Shown: in pieces, positions 1-11,495 of the stretch
Layout of the letters: each line of letters starts with the position of its first letter
How positions within the stretch are numbered: the first letter of the stretch is position 1
DNA from: Asterionella formosa
Lineage: Eukaryota
Assembly (NCBI GenBank): GCA_002256025.1
Contig: NKIB01015225.1
Location: 1-37,493, forward strand
Direction: 5' to 3'
DNA length: 37,493 bases
Position numbers and translations under genes: made by a program
The notes under the pieces: generated by a model
The model's database searches: none
The model's input: only the letters and a program-made list of their open reading frames with translations
What the model was told of the DNA's origin: nothing

Positions 1-412
1 AACATACAATCATAGATAGACCCATGTCTATCTCATACTTACTGATCATAGGTATTTAACCATGATCATTCATTTCAAACTATCGGTCTTCCGAAATAGC
101 TTATATTGTCCGGCTCATTATAGTCGGAGTAACAAAGTATAATGTGTGGTTGATGAGAGCTTGGTACATCAAAGTGGACTCATTCGAATCGTTTGACTCG
201 TTTGACTCCGAGTCCTAACTACGTAGATGAGCTCACTTTAACAATAGGATACCTTGATCATAGTTTTGATCTCAAAGTTATCATATATACGAAAATCCTG
301 TGCCACTTAGCATACAATACCCTTGATCCTATTTTCATGATATTTTTTATTTGCAGACGACATCCTCAAGGATTTTTCACTTCATAGTTCCTTGCATGGT
401 AACATGCACGTT

Positions 413-1017
413 TCATGCCTCATGCTGCAACAACACAAACTGATTAAAAAGATCAACATTGCTATCGACACTTGGCATGTGGCTATCCAGGGTGGCGAGA
501 TTCTTCCAAATCATGGATACATTTAAATGAGTGTCCACTGTGCTTTGCATGATCACTAACTTGAGAAAGCATGCGCCATCGTTGATTGCTAGCATCCCAA
601 TGCGGCACAGTGTTTCGTCTGATGCCGATGCTACTTTGAGCATTGCTTCAGGTTTGAATGAATTGTACAAGCAGGTGTATAATTGCACACTGTTATGTTT
701 AGACATTGATATCAATCCATACTCTGAGATAAGGTTCTGGTCACCATTACTTGCATCAGGTATCGTGATAAGATCATTCCATTCAAAAGCGTCAACTTCT
801 GATGAAGAACCTGGAGGAAGAGTCTTATGTTGGCGGGGTTTCCATCAAACTCATAGGGGCGGAGTTTGGCAACGGCGGCATCATACAGTTTATGTCCCCT
901 GAAGTGGCATATCAAGCTTGTATGGGAGTTTGGCAAAGGCGACATTATACAGTTTCGTGCCATCTGAAGTGGCATAGTTAACCACTGTGCCGGTGGCACG
1001 TGCTGGATGGAGGGCAA
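413..1017 (-). mobile_element. Degenerate Ty1/copia (CoDi-like) LTR retrotransposon gag fragment, frameshifted
   Basis: Adjacent minus-strand ORFs 712..1017 (GHKLYDAAVAKL..EFDGNPANIRLFLQVL) and 413..715 (HNSVQLYTCLYNS...GACFLKLVIMQSTVDT...KNLATLDSHMPSVDSNVDLFNQFV) resemble diatom CoDi gag. They are split across frames and contain an internal diverged duplication. Confidence 0.7.
861..976 (+). repeat. Diverged tandem duplication (~51-bp unit, period ~64 bp) inside the gag remnant
   Basis: GGAGTTTGGCAACGGCGGCATCATACAGTTT...CTGAAGTGGCATA (861-911) versus GGAGTTTGGCAAAGGCGACATTATACAGTTT...CTGAAGTGGCATA (925-976). Confidence 0.85.
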
Positions 1018-1248
1018 ATGACATGATTGAGTCGATGTCTTCTTCTTCAGATTCTGATCCTGGTATCTCTGGCTGGCTCCTCGACTTTTCCTTGAACTCT
1101 CAATGAACGTCGTCGGAAAGAAATCTTGATTCCTTGTCTTGTTGAATCTTGCACTTGAGTGATGGATTCAGTGTTTCTTCTTTACTTCTTTGTGCAAGGA
1201 AAGGGTGCGGGAATTCACTTTTGCTAGCTGGCTGAGGCGTACGCAAAT

Positions 1249-1502
1249 TGAGACAATAGCTAGCTATACTTCTTGTTAGCAAACAGTGTCTGATCTATTT
1301 TATTTATTGTGAGCACTAAATCATGTTTAATGAATATGAAACAGTGTAACAACAATATACTCCACATTTTTTCAATCCCTCAACTTGCAATGCTTATGAA
1401 CAAGGCATTCAGGGCTCTACGGGGCTCAAATGACTACTCAGTGTTCCCTGTGAATCTCACCATCACATGACGTCATAATCACGTGTCTTCAGGTATGAAT
1501 CA
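1249..1502 (-). repeat. Candidate 5' LTR of the copia remnant
   Basis: On the minus strand the segment starts TG and ends CA, and lies upstream of gag. It is followed by TTTGCGTACGCCTCAGCCAG (1228-1247) at the position where a primer-binding site is expected. There is no second LTR copy in the window to confirm the boundaries. Confidence 0.3.
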
Positions 1503-1505
1503 CTC

Positions 1506-1934
1506 TCATATTTTCACACCCCACAGCGTTAAAATTAGACCCAGTTGTTCTGTTGTTCTATTAGCCTTCAAAATCCTTACTTTATTTGGTTTCGAAGTTC
1601 CCTGGTCGAAAATGATTTTAAGAATCTCTGTGTTTTGAGAAAGTATAAGTTTTATGTACTCTAGCCATGCAGATGAGACGCATTTTCCTGCCTGAACCTG
1701 CCACACTCTCGATGACATAGCTGATACTCTTGTCTCTCCCTTGCACTTATTCTTTGGATTCTGATAATCAATAAAATGTTCATTTGTTTCCTTATTTCTC
1801 CACATTGGACAATTTTCGGTTCCCTGGAACGTTAGCATCCTTCTAATTCCTGTTGGGAGCCATCCATGGAAATACTTAGTGAGAAATATTTTGTCTGTGC
1901 CTGTATGGTACTCTATATTTCTAGTCTTTTTCAT
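1506..1934 (-). mobile_element. Non-LTR retrotransposon ORF2 C-terminal (zinc-binding region) fragment, degenerate
   Basis: KIFLTKYFHGWLPTG..R....NCPMW..KETNEHF matches the post-RT K-x-x-H-G-W-L-P-x-G...C-P-x-C...E-T-x-x-H pattern of LINE ORF2 proteins, with the second Cys lost. Confidence 0.6.
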
Positions 1935-1952
1935 AGTAAAAAATAAGTTCCA

Positions 1953-2181
1953 TTCTGCACTTTCTTGCTATGTCCTATACCCTGACATTATGTAGAGTTG
2001 ACTCAAACAAATACTTTGACCAATGATTGTATCTATGCCTATGGAAAGGGTATTAGCACCATATATTGTTGTACATGATGTATAATGTTTTACTCATGTT
2101 TTAAATGCTTGTGTGTTTGATTACTCTACTCAATTGTTTTAAACCCTAATTCTAGCTAGGGGTTCAAATCCAGGAACCTTA
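1953..2181. repeat. Dispersed repeat, copy 1 (partner at 37055-37279); probable transposon end
   Basis: Collinear blocks shared with copy 2: TTCTG(C/T)ACTTTCTTGCT, ATTGTATCTA(T/A)GC(C/A)TATGGAAAGGGT, GTGTTTGATTA, and AGCTAG(G/C)GGTTCAAATCCAGGAACCTTA. Confidence 0.85.
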
Positions 2182-2209
2182 ATTTGTCTAGTATTACAAA
2201 ATCTTACAT

Positions 2210-3169
2210 CTAAATCTTGTAACCGTTGATTCCAGCATTAGAAGAGGTACCAGTGGTGACTGCTCTGAGGATGGCGAGTCGTAATGTAGCTATATCTTTG
2301 GCTTCATGGCCGAAGGCTACAGGAATCTCCACAATTTTTTCTTCTGCTCCTTGAAAGAGATTGTAAAGCTTTGCCCTTGCTCTCAAGTATATGCCGGTGG
2401 GGCAGACCGCTGCAATGGCAGCTTGCTCAACCACAAAGGATTCATCTCCGTCCACCGTCATGAGAATTTGCGTAGCAAGGGCTTTTACATCGGGCTGAAA
2501 GCCTTCGTTGTTCAAGAGGCGCCGAACATTGTCACATTCATCCGACATTTGTTTAGGTGACACCCACCATGTCGGTAGGTTGATTTTTTCCTCGGAGGTC
2601 AATTCCCTCCAGCATTTCTGTCTAGCTTCATAACAAGCCAAGTCCAATTCCATTTGTTGAAGTTTTTCACTGGCTTGAATGTCTAGCCATCCAAGGTTGT
2701 CCATGACACACTCCTCCATTCCGTGTTCGATGGACGCGCATGGTCTGGGGAAGGATACGGGCACAGCGATAGTCACACAACCTTCGTCTTCGCAAATGAC
2801 AGCTTGGATATCAATGTGATTCTCGTCAATTGTGATGACGGTGACATGGTCGATGTCCTTTAGCACAAGATGGTGGCCGACTGGCGAAAATGCGGCTGCG
2901 AGGCGAGCCAATGCGACCCCCTGATCTCTTGAAAGAGTTTCCATCAGCGAGAATGGAGGTGTATTTTTTTCTTTTTCGTCTAAGCCATAGTTGGAAAAAC
3001 CCTCCTCTTCCCAGGATGGTGCAAAGATGGTTGCTGGGCGACCCGAGCCTATACTTCTTCGCATAGGAATTGTAGAACACATGAATCCAGCACTCTCTTT
3101 CGCACAAAGCAAGGTCGCAACAGCAACACATCGTACAATGAATCGTCGGTCCGCTGTGATCCCTTTCAT
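2210..3169 (-). CDS. Plastid-targeted hypothetical protein, possibly DUF2470-like (319 aa)
   Basis: Long ORF; the first ATG is at 3169 (the track start at 3190 is TTG). It has a hydrophobic signal peptide ending ESAG|F followed by an S/R-rich transit-like stretch. The segments 'VTVITIDENHIDI..VICED..CVTIAVPVSFPRPC' and 'AAIAAVCPTGIYL...VEIPVAF' look DUF2470-like (by eye only). Confidence 0.7.
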   Translation of the reverse strand: MKGITADRRFIVRCVAVATLLCAKESAGFMCSTIPMRRSIGSGRPATIFAPSWEEEGFSNYGLDEKEKNTPPFSLMETLSRDQGVALARLAAAFSPVGHHLVLKDIDHVTVITIDENHIDIQAVICEDEGCVTIAVPVSFPRPCASIEHGMEECVMDNLGWLDIQASEKLQQMELDLACYEARQKCWRELTSEEKINLPTWWVSPKQMSDECDNVRRLLNNEGFQPDVKALATQILMTVDGDESFVVEQAAIAAVCPTGIYLRARAKLYNLFQGAEEKIVEIPVAFGHEAKDIATLRLAILRAVTTGTSSNAGINGYKI

Positions 3170-5140
3170 GGTGATACACCTTTTCTTCAAGAAACAAATT
3201 GCCCTCGACGTGTTTTCCGTTTTACCACAAATACTGTGAAAGCCATTTCCAACAACTGAAGGTACTGGCTGGTATACTGGCCAGTAGTTTTCCCACTGTT
3301 GACTTGTATTTTTTACGTGACAAACCTGTATGCTGGTCTATGTAGCTACCGCTAGATGCATTTTGGTCTACTGCGGGATACACATGTCTACAGCTGCAAC
3401 ATACAGCTGGCGCGGATGTTGGTGACTTGACGTATGACGCAAGAATGAGAGATGCAAGCCTATGTACCGGTACTTGCAGTTCGCAACTTTGTCTGGAGGA
3501 CACCATGTGGAATTGTGAGATGCTGATGCGATCATTGCGTAATCAGGACACAATTATTGAGAATTTGATTGGTTCAAGTTGAATACTCTAGCTATTGTAT
3601 GACGACGTTGTATCTTTTACTATGCATGATGACGAAAATATCTTGATCCTACTTATACCGGCGTTAAAAGCTTCGTACTCCTTCCCGGGTGCAGGTATTT
3701 CCTTACTGTAGAACTTATCCGTTGTACTAATATGTGCGAGTAATACTTTTGCTTTCTTTTGCTGCTAGCCTTATTGCTAGTATTCACTTTTGACATAATT
3801 CTGTCAATTCTCACTGTTCCTTAGATTATAACCTTAAACTAGAACCTAGTTTTAATCCCATTCATCACACTCTGAGAACCTGCTCATAGTGTTCTCTTTT
3901 CGTTGATGGGCGCGCTCTGATAATGACAAACTATTATGACATGTGTATTATAACATAAATTGTTGTACTCATAACCTCTACATTTGTGTTTTTGTTGACC
4001 AAATTTGGTAACTCTGGTTTGCACCTTAAACAAAAATTTTACGGCTATAAAGTAAAAAGGATAGTATGTTTTATGGCCCCTTCATACTCCCCTACTTCTA
4101 GGCAAGTCGTTCATTGTGCTATTGCTGACCAGACCTGTGCTTCCCTAGTTTCCTTTGTTAGGGTAGGTGAGTACCCAACCACCTTTTGCGAAAGGTGATT
4201 GTCTTAGTCGCAGCGTTAGGGTAAACTCCGACCGCCTAGGAAGGCGGCACAAGCGACTTGTAGGGGGGGGGGACAATCCACTATTTCTTGCACACCAGGC
4301 AAGACTGTGCGGCTGTGAATTATCAATGCGATAACAAATGCCAAAACCAAATCAATTGCAACCTCCAATGAATCCAATGCCATCAAGAGTACCAATTACC
4401 AACAATGCACTCCAGCCTTTGTCTGGTGCATTATTAATTCATTCACCAAATGATAAAAATGAGAAAATGATTCTGTATAATTTCAAATAAATTTTGAATC
4501 AACTAAATCTAACAATTAAAAGAATGCATACCTGATAGCAGCCACTTCTATGCAAATATTATAGGGCATGTAAACAGAAGTAATTTGATTCTGACCGACT
4601 TGACTAGACCGAAAATTGTAAAGTAACAAAATGATTTGCAGGATTAGTTTTCTTTCACCTTTCTCTTCATAACGTAAGTTATCTTTCATCCTACTAGGAA
4701 GCAAAAGACCCCTGAGGACATCGCATTACCCATTCCGACAACTAACGGAATGAAGTTGCTTGACGGCTTACTCCAAATCTCAACCAAACACTCAAGGTTC
4801 CTTGAGTTAGTAAGCCGAAACTGATTTGAAAAATCATTTAGGAACCACGAGTCCTGGCCCATGCTAACCCAAGCGCCAGAGAACTGATGGAACAGAAGAG
4901 GAATCTGGGCCAACAATTTTTGGTTGCTTGTTGAACTTCTAACAATGAAATCCGTATTTTTCCCACAGACTACAAACTATACAGTCCAAATATATATTTA
5001 TAATAGTTAGTAACACCAGCACTACCGGTACTTCAAATGATCTTTACTATTACCAGTAGGGTACCATAGTTATAATCCAGAATGGAGGATACCGGTAGGC
5101 GGTTTCTTCACTTTGGCCATCAAAGCTCAATTTTGGAGAC

Positions 5141-5250
5141 TTCAGGAAAATGCACGCATTTCCTGAAATTTGCCGACATTTCCTTGTGCTTACTTACGTT
5201 TCCTAAAATTCATAGAAATTTCCTGGAAGTCATAATGATTTCCTGAAAGC
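5141..5250 (+). repeat. Array of five TTTCCT motifs at exact 20-bp period, plus one inverted copy
   Basis: TTTCCT starts at 5159, 5179, 5199, 5219 and 5239 with variable spacers; an inverted TTCAGGAAA lies at 5141-5149. Confidence 0.85.
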
Positions 5251-7007
5251 CATGGTCATATGCTGTGTGTTCTCTCGTTTTTGCCACTAAAAGAAAATTA
5301 TTTTGCTAAATCGTACAATAAATAGAAGAAGTTCTTTATAAAACATTAAATAAGTCCCTGTCCGGCAATACATTAGAAACAAGCGTATCTATAGCCTTCT
5401 TTGTCTAACGATGTATCTAAAAAGGTAATACTTCAACACCAGGACACTCCTGTCGGCACATGCATGGCTTGCCAAGTAGTATCAACCGGGTTTCATATGT
5501 AGCATTACATAGGAATGGGCTGCCGCATTACTACGACTACAGGGCATTACCGGCAGTTTTGACAACATGATACACCAGAGCGAATGCTTCACATCTGTCG
5601 GCTTCTACAAGGACTATATACAAATTGCTCATTTGCAATCAATCAATTCTCAGTAGAAATTATGCTTATTTCACATCTTTTGCTTCGATTATTCATTTTA
5701 ATCTTTATCCTTTAGTCGTTGTCTCAGTTGTTGTGTAGCAGCTACTGTGAAAGTGTCGTATCAGCTCGTAGCATCATCGTTTAAAGATTGCTCTTCTCTA
5801 AATTAGAGGAAAAAATGTGCCAGCAGCGACTTCAATTTTCGTTGTCAATATTAGTGCTATTAGGATTACTCTTCTACTATTGTACTGTATATGTCGTGTT
5901 TAATATATTTGTCAAAAAGGAAAGTATCGTTCTCATTTTTTGTCGAGATATTTGCTATTTTCATCATAGTCAACGCTGTGACGACATTTCTCCAGCCGTT
6001 TGCAGCTACACAACTAACGGTACTACTACACTATAACATATTATACATTCAAAAGAATAGCAGTATTTCAGCTAAATAATTATATTCCAGAGCCGTTACA
6101 TATCGTACCAGCTACCTTGTGCATGAATCCAGCCATACGTATAATATCGAGTGTCTGTAGTTGAAACACATAGAGATTCCTGATTCCTGATCAGGTTATG
6201 AGTGTCAATATATTTTCGCCTCTAGTGACCTGATTAGGAACATGTACCACAATCCACTAGATGATTGATTCAAGATCAAATGGTTAAATATCGCGTGTAA
6301 AATGCCACAGTCGAGAGAGGAACTTTCAGGAGAAGTTCTCTCTAACCTGTTAATTGGACTCTAGAAGACGATCAGACCTAGAAGCCAAATCAATAAATGA
6401 TTGACTAGACAATTACAGATATGTCCGCAACATCAAGGAACATTAAAGAAGCAAACTAGATATGATCTAGTTTTGATTAACAGGATCATTCTGTAAGCAG
6501 TCTTCGATCAAACAGCATCTGGCCTAAGTTGAGACAGGTCAAGATTAAGACAAATGTGTATTTAGGAAGAGGATGTAGTTTATTCTCAGTTCAAGTTGGG
6601 AACACAAATGAACCTCGCCTCCGAAGATCACCTCTATTTTGAAACATGCATGAGCTTGGAAGTTTCAAAATCATACATTCAAATTTACATTTACATTAAG
6701 CTCTCTCTTTTATAAAAACAATTATTAGCAAACAAAGTAAAACAAACAAATTGTGTAGAAACATTTTTCTAGCAATTTTTACTGCGTGAGAGCTACAGAT
6801 ACGTAGCATCTACCAACTTCTGTATGCAATAGTACTAGACATCGTTCACTTCTTCATCTTACATATTACCATGTACTGGTATATGTTTACCGGTGCGTAT
6901 TCATTATCATAGTAAGCTACAGTATGATTACCTAGGTCATAGGTGACTGTGATGGCAGCAGCGTTGAAATGATGACGTCACAATATGCAAAATTGCTACC
7001 GGTGCTT

Positions 7008-7265
7008 TAAGCAAAACGGTCCTACATTAAGCAAAACGAACTAGAAGCAAATGGCAGAATAAGCAATACAGATTGGTCTCAATATTTAGGCTAAATCAGA
7101 ATAAAGCTAAATATATATAGGAACAACAAGCCAGTCGGGTTGGTATATTAAACGGATATCAAGCAAGAAGAGACACATGTATTAATCTGGAATTGGAATC
7201 AGTGTTGCCGGTACGAAGTCATACATGGAACTACCGGTAGGTATAGAAAAATTGCCGCAGCTTGC
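7008..7265 (-). mobile_element. Degenerate end of a longer element related to the 90-bp MITE family
   Basis: AAAATTGCCGCAGCTTGC (7248-7265) is the reverse complement of the MITE TIR GCAAGTTGCGGTAATTTT with 2 mismatches. AGCTAAAT near 7105 matches the MITE interior. (T/G)AAGCAA repeats occur at 7008, 7028, 7044 and 7060. Confidence 0.5.
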
Positions 7266-9128
7266 AGGTACTTGCGTTCAAGAATTCATGGCCCTTGTTT
7301 GCTTCCCTACCGGTACTCGGATTACGAGGTACCTGGTACCAACAATGATGTTACTTCACTAGATTCTACAGTACTTGGTACCACCTAAAACCGAAGAGTC
7401 AACCTTAGTATTAAACCCAATGCTACTTTTTTCCAAACGCAACATATAACTTTCCGGATTACTACCATCTATTATTAATACTACTCTGGAAAACGGCGTA
7501 CAGCCGTTTCCGCGGCGCTGCTGCTGCTTCAATCACCCTTGGCCATGGCGCTTTCCGCCCATGCTGCTCCTCCCCCTCCTGCTCCTCCTGATATTTCTAT
7601 AGCTGACACTGTCTCCTTCACTACTGTTCATCTCCCGTGCAAATCTTCTCTTGAATCCTCCAAGTCTACATTTGAAACTTCTTTCGAAACTGTAAAGCCC
7701 CAATTGGGTGTATAATTCCACTGTAATTGAATCTCTTTTACCCTGTCTCGCCCAACTGAACCTCCGACCACTACTCTCGACCCCCCTTCACACATTCACA
7801 ATCACCGCTTCGGTCCACAACAACAAAAAGCGCTCGTTCATCCCTTTACTCCAAATGACATCTTCACCAACTCCCTTGCCACTACTGCTAGACCTCTGTT
7901 ATACCTTGGCATCAACCGGCCACCCCAATGCAACATCATCACTCCTCTCAGCCCTTAACACCATTCCACCATATGTAATCTTACCTTACTCTTCAGCCCT
8001 ACATTTCATCATGGCAATTGATTGCCAGGATCCACAATTCAAACTCAAATTCACCGAAATAGCAATACAGTTTGCTTTATACTTCCTGTGTCTCTCAAGA
8101 CCCTTCTCTTGCTCTCACCTTATGTCTTCATCAGGCTACCACTTTCATTGATTTGTCAACATTTTCGACTCTCCTTCAAATATTTCATTCTTCCAAAATG
8201 GTAGTTTCAATATGTCTTTCTACTTCTTGATTGGCCTTCCTCTCTGCCCTCGGTTCCTCCCTATACTGGGTGGTCTATACACACTCTAAGAGCCATATGT
8301 GGTCTCCTTGACCTTGCTTGCCATCTCTACGGTTGTTTAGGGACTCTGCAACCCCTATGAGTCTCTCAATGGACTCACCCTCACTCGTTATTCCTTTGGG
8401 GCCCATTTGGGTCCTAGTGCGACTCCACAAACTCCATTAGATTCGAGGTTCAATAAAAGCGTACTTTAAAATTTTCTTATTCTACTATTTAACCCAATGC
8501 TAGGACTAAAATTATTTTAGTCCGATTACATGGTCATGTTGAAGCAAGTACAAATAAGCTTATCTTAGCTCATCCTCCTTTCAGGTACCACTACATAGGT
8601 CTAATTATAACTTGGTTGAAATCAAAATTTCTTGAGCTATGAAAGTTTCTATTGTCATCGTTTTGCCTTATAAGGATGACTCTCAATAAATGAGTTTTTA
8701 ATACACCATACATAAGGTAATTTCAACGTTCCATTGTTTCACCCAATTACACTATTGTTGCCACAAAAAAATTTTGATGCCACAAAATTATGAGACCATT
8801 ACTGAGTACTGCCTTTATTTGTTATCCCTTTTGATGTTTTTTCCATAATAATAGTCGATTTCGATGATACTCCACTATTTATATTTGGTTTCAGGTCAAA
8901 TGTAGATTTATTTATTTTCGTGACATTTTAAGTAGTATTTAATTATGTCTGTTGCGTGACAGCTTACCACTTGTTGTTTGACAATCCTCATACAGCATGG
9001 AATATGTAGGTCATACAATACCTGCTGGCTATAAAGCTCCTGTTTCAACGTTATGATGGTGCATTTCTGCTTGCCTGGATATTGGAATCAACAACTTATG
9101 ATATGGCATTAGATTCAAAAATTATCAA

Positions 9129-10583
9129 TTACTGCAGCTCTACTACCCCGGCTCGCTTCTTTCCTGCTCGCAGAGTTATTTCCGTCTTGTCTTTAAAGTC
9201 AGCCATGGTCAATGATAAATTTTCGTCTTCAATCTGTTTGCCTTCAAGCCGAGCTCCTCCACCTTGAATGAGTCGTTTCGCGTCCTTCTTGCTAGTAGCA
9301 AGATCCAAGGCCATGAAGAGTTCAGCAATGCTCTTACCATCGCCTTCCAAGTCTGCTGACGAAACAAAAATACGGGGAAGGGAATCAGTGGAACCGCCTG
9401 CTCCACTAAACATGTTGCTGGTGGTCTGATGGATATTGTCAAGGCACTCCCTCCCATGCAGCATTGCAGTGGCTTCATCGGCCAGCACTATCTTAGCGTC
9501 GTTTATAGCAGCTCCAGTCAGTTTTTCTAATTCTGCGATTTTCTCCAAAGGCAATTCAGTAAAAAGCTTCAAGAATTGGATCACATCTTCGTCTGAAGTA
9601 TTTCTCCAAAACTGCCAGTAGTCATACTCGGAGAGCTTGTCTGCGTTTAACCAAATCGCTCCACCTGCGGTTTTGCCCATTTTCTTCCCGTCAGAAGTTG
9701 TAATCAATGGCGCTGTCAAGGCAAACAATTGTACACCTTCGCAGCGACGACCAAGTTCGGCTCCTGAAACCATGTTTCCCCACTGGTCACTCCCGCCCAG
9801 CTGAAGAATTGCACCATGTCGTCTGTACAGCTCCAAAAAGTCGTAGGCCTGCAAAATCATATAGTTGAATTCAAGAAATGAAAAAGGAGCATCACGTGCC
9901 ATACGTTGTTTAACAGATTCAAAAGACATCATACGGTTGATGGTAAATTGAGTTCCATATTCTCGCAAAAAGTCCAAGTACTTGAGTTCCGACAACCAAT
10001 CGTCGTTGTTGACCATTATAGCGTCGTGGGGATTGCCAGCTCCTTCAAAGGTTAAGAATTTTTTAAAAACCCGAGAAATCCCAGCTGTATTCTTTTTGAT
10101 AATCTCATTTGTCAAAAGATTACGAGATTCATCCTTCCCAGTTGGATCACCAACCTTGCTAGTTCCACCTCCGATCAATACAATCGGTCGATGGCCACTT
10201 TGCTGAAGATGCCTCAAAATCATAATTTGAAGAAGTGATCCGACATGGAGTGAATCTGCCGTTGCATCAAATCCCAAGTAGGCAGACACGCACTTCTTAT
10301 CCATCAACGCCTTGTCTAATTCGACCAGACCAGTGCACTGATGAAGGAAACCGCGGTCTCTCATAACTTGCAGAAAAGGGGACTTGACTTGAGCGAGCGC
10401 TTCTGCTTGTAGATTGTATATGCTAGTGTCTGGGTCTACTTGAGTGACATCTTGGATATCGGGTGATTTCGTGGCAGATGACGAGAGGCGCAGTGTGCGA
10501 AAGGCCGTTCGAGGTGCAGGAGTGAAGGCTCGAGACGTTATGGAAATAGTCAGCGATACGAGGGCTGACATTATCCTTTTCAT
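9129..10583 (-). CDS. tyrS: Tyrosyl-tRNA synthetase, bacterial/organellar type, plastid-targeted (possibly dual-targeted)
   Basis: YLGFDATADSLHVGS (HIGH motif), QLGGSDQWGN, GKKMGKT (KMSKS motif), and a C-terminal S4-like domain (SKKDAKRLIQGGG...LRAGKK). The N-terminal signal peptide ends SRA|FTP. Intronless, 484 aa. Confidence 0.97.
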   Translation of the reverse strand: MKRIMSALVSLTISITSRAFTPAPRTAFRTLRLSSSATKSPDIQDVTQVDPDTSIYNLQAEALAQVKSPFLQVMRDRGFLHQCTGLVELDKALMDKKCVSAYLGFDATADSLHVGSLLQIMILRHLQQSGHRPIVLIGGGTSKVGDPTGKDESRNLLTNEIIKKNTAGISRVFKKFLTFEGAGNPHDAIMVNNDDWLSELKYLDFLREYGTQFTINRMMSFESVKQRMARDAPFSFLEFNYMILQAYDFLELYRRHGAILQLGGSDQWGNMVSGAELGRRCEGVQLFALTAPLITTSDGKKMGKTAGGAIWLNADKLSEYDYWQFWRNTSDEDVIQFLKLFTELPLEKIAELEKLTGAAINDAKIVLADEATAMLHGRECLDNIHQTTSNMFSGAGGSTDSLPRIFVSSADLEGDGKSIAELFMALDLATSKKDAKRLIQGGGARLEGKQIEDENLSLTMADFKDKTEITLRAGKKRAGVVELQ

Positions 10584-10985
10584 TTTTTGCTCTTGCTTTC
10601 GTTATCACGTTGGCTTCTAGTTCCCTTTTTCGATGAGGCGTAATCGATAGAAACGCTTCAATCTCGATCGACTGCAGGGAGCTCCGCTAGATTAAGCAGT
10701 CAATGCGCACAATATTGACACACTTTACCAAGTACTGCAACGACTACCGAATCAGGTCTACTAGGTATGGGGCAGTGAAGCGATTTAGGAAGGAATGGCT
10801 GATGACATATGGTGTTGTTTGTTGTGGAGTGATGTGCGTAATATCGGTATTTCCTAAAGCACCATACGTCCATACGTGATACCCATACTTGGTACGTCAG
10901 AGTTCCGGTACCTGGTACCAGGTACTACGTCAGCTTCCCCCCCAAAATCACGACCTGCTGGACTCGGAGGTACCAGGTACCTGCA

Positions 10986-11075
10986 AGCAGTTGCGGTAAT
11001 TTTGCGACATTAAAGATTTAGCTTACTTTATCCTAGATTAAATTGCGTATTTAAGCAAAATGACCGCAACTTGCT
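10986..11075. mobile_element. ~90-bp MITE, copy 1
   Basis: Terminal inverted repeats AGCAGTTGCGGTAATTTT ... AAAATGACCGCAACTTGCT; the interior is homologous to the copy at 26516-26607. Confidence 0.8.
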
Positions 11076-11495
11076 CGTGGTCGTCGACACCCTGCGCGCC
11101 GGCCGGAGGCGAACTCAAGCGATTGGGTTCAGCAGCTGCTAGGGCCTACATAACAACCAGCCACCACGTTGTTTGACTCCTATGTAGCTACCAGTACACA
11201 TGTTACACTGTACAGCAACCCAGCACTAAACGTTCAGTCACGCCTACTGGTCCCACATCTTGTGCCAGGTACCGTACAGGTACCCGGTCTGCGAGGTTAC
11301 CGGGTGCTCTTACAAGTATCTGGTAGCAGTACTCTGGCCACGCAAACGGTGGATTGCTTTCAGGACTCTGACAAGACAAAAACACATCTCATTGCTGGAC
11401 AGTTCCAAGAAAGTAACAATTACTCTTCCTCCATTATCATTCGCTTCACTCGCTGAGTCGATAATCGCTACAGCCACCCGCAGGAATTGCAGGTC

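Noticed and set aside
2161..2171. tRNA gene suggested by GGTTCAAATCC (also near 37259)
   Set aside because: No acceptor, D or anticodon stems can be built around either copy; it is part of a dispersed repeat.
4157..4222. Telomerase RNA template or interstitial telomere (two TTAGGG)
   Set aside because: Only isolated hexamers; the minus-strand CTACCCTAAC is not a full 1.5-repeat template.
5141..5250. CRISPR-like array
   Set aside because: The conserved unit is 6 bp with 14-bp spacers, the context is eukaryotic, and there are no cas genes.
6203..6695. Solo LTR (TGTC...TTACA)
   Set aside because: The ends look LTR-like, but there is no second copy, clear TSD or adjacent coding remnant.
7533..8324. 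Decayed minus-strand gene in a single frame
   Set aside because: Eight internal stops in ~263 codons is not clearly below chance, and I recognise no domain.
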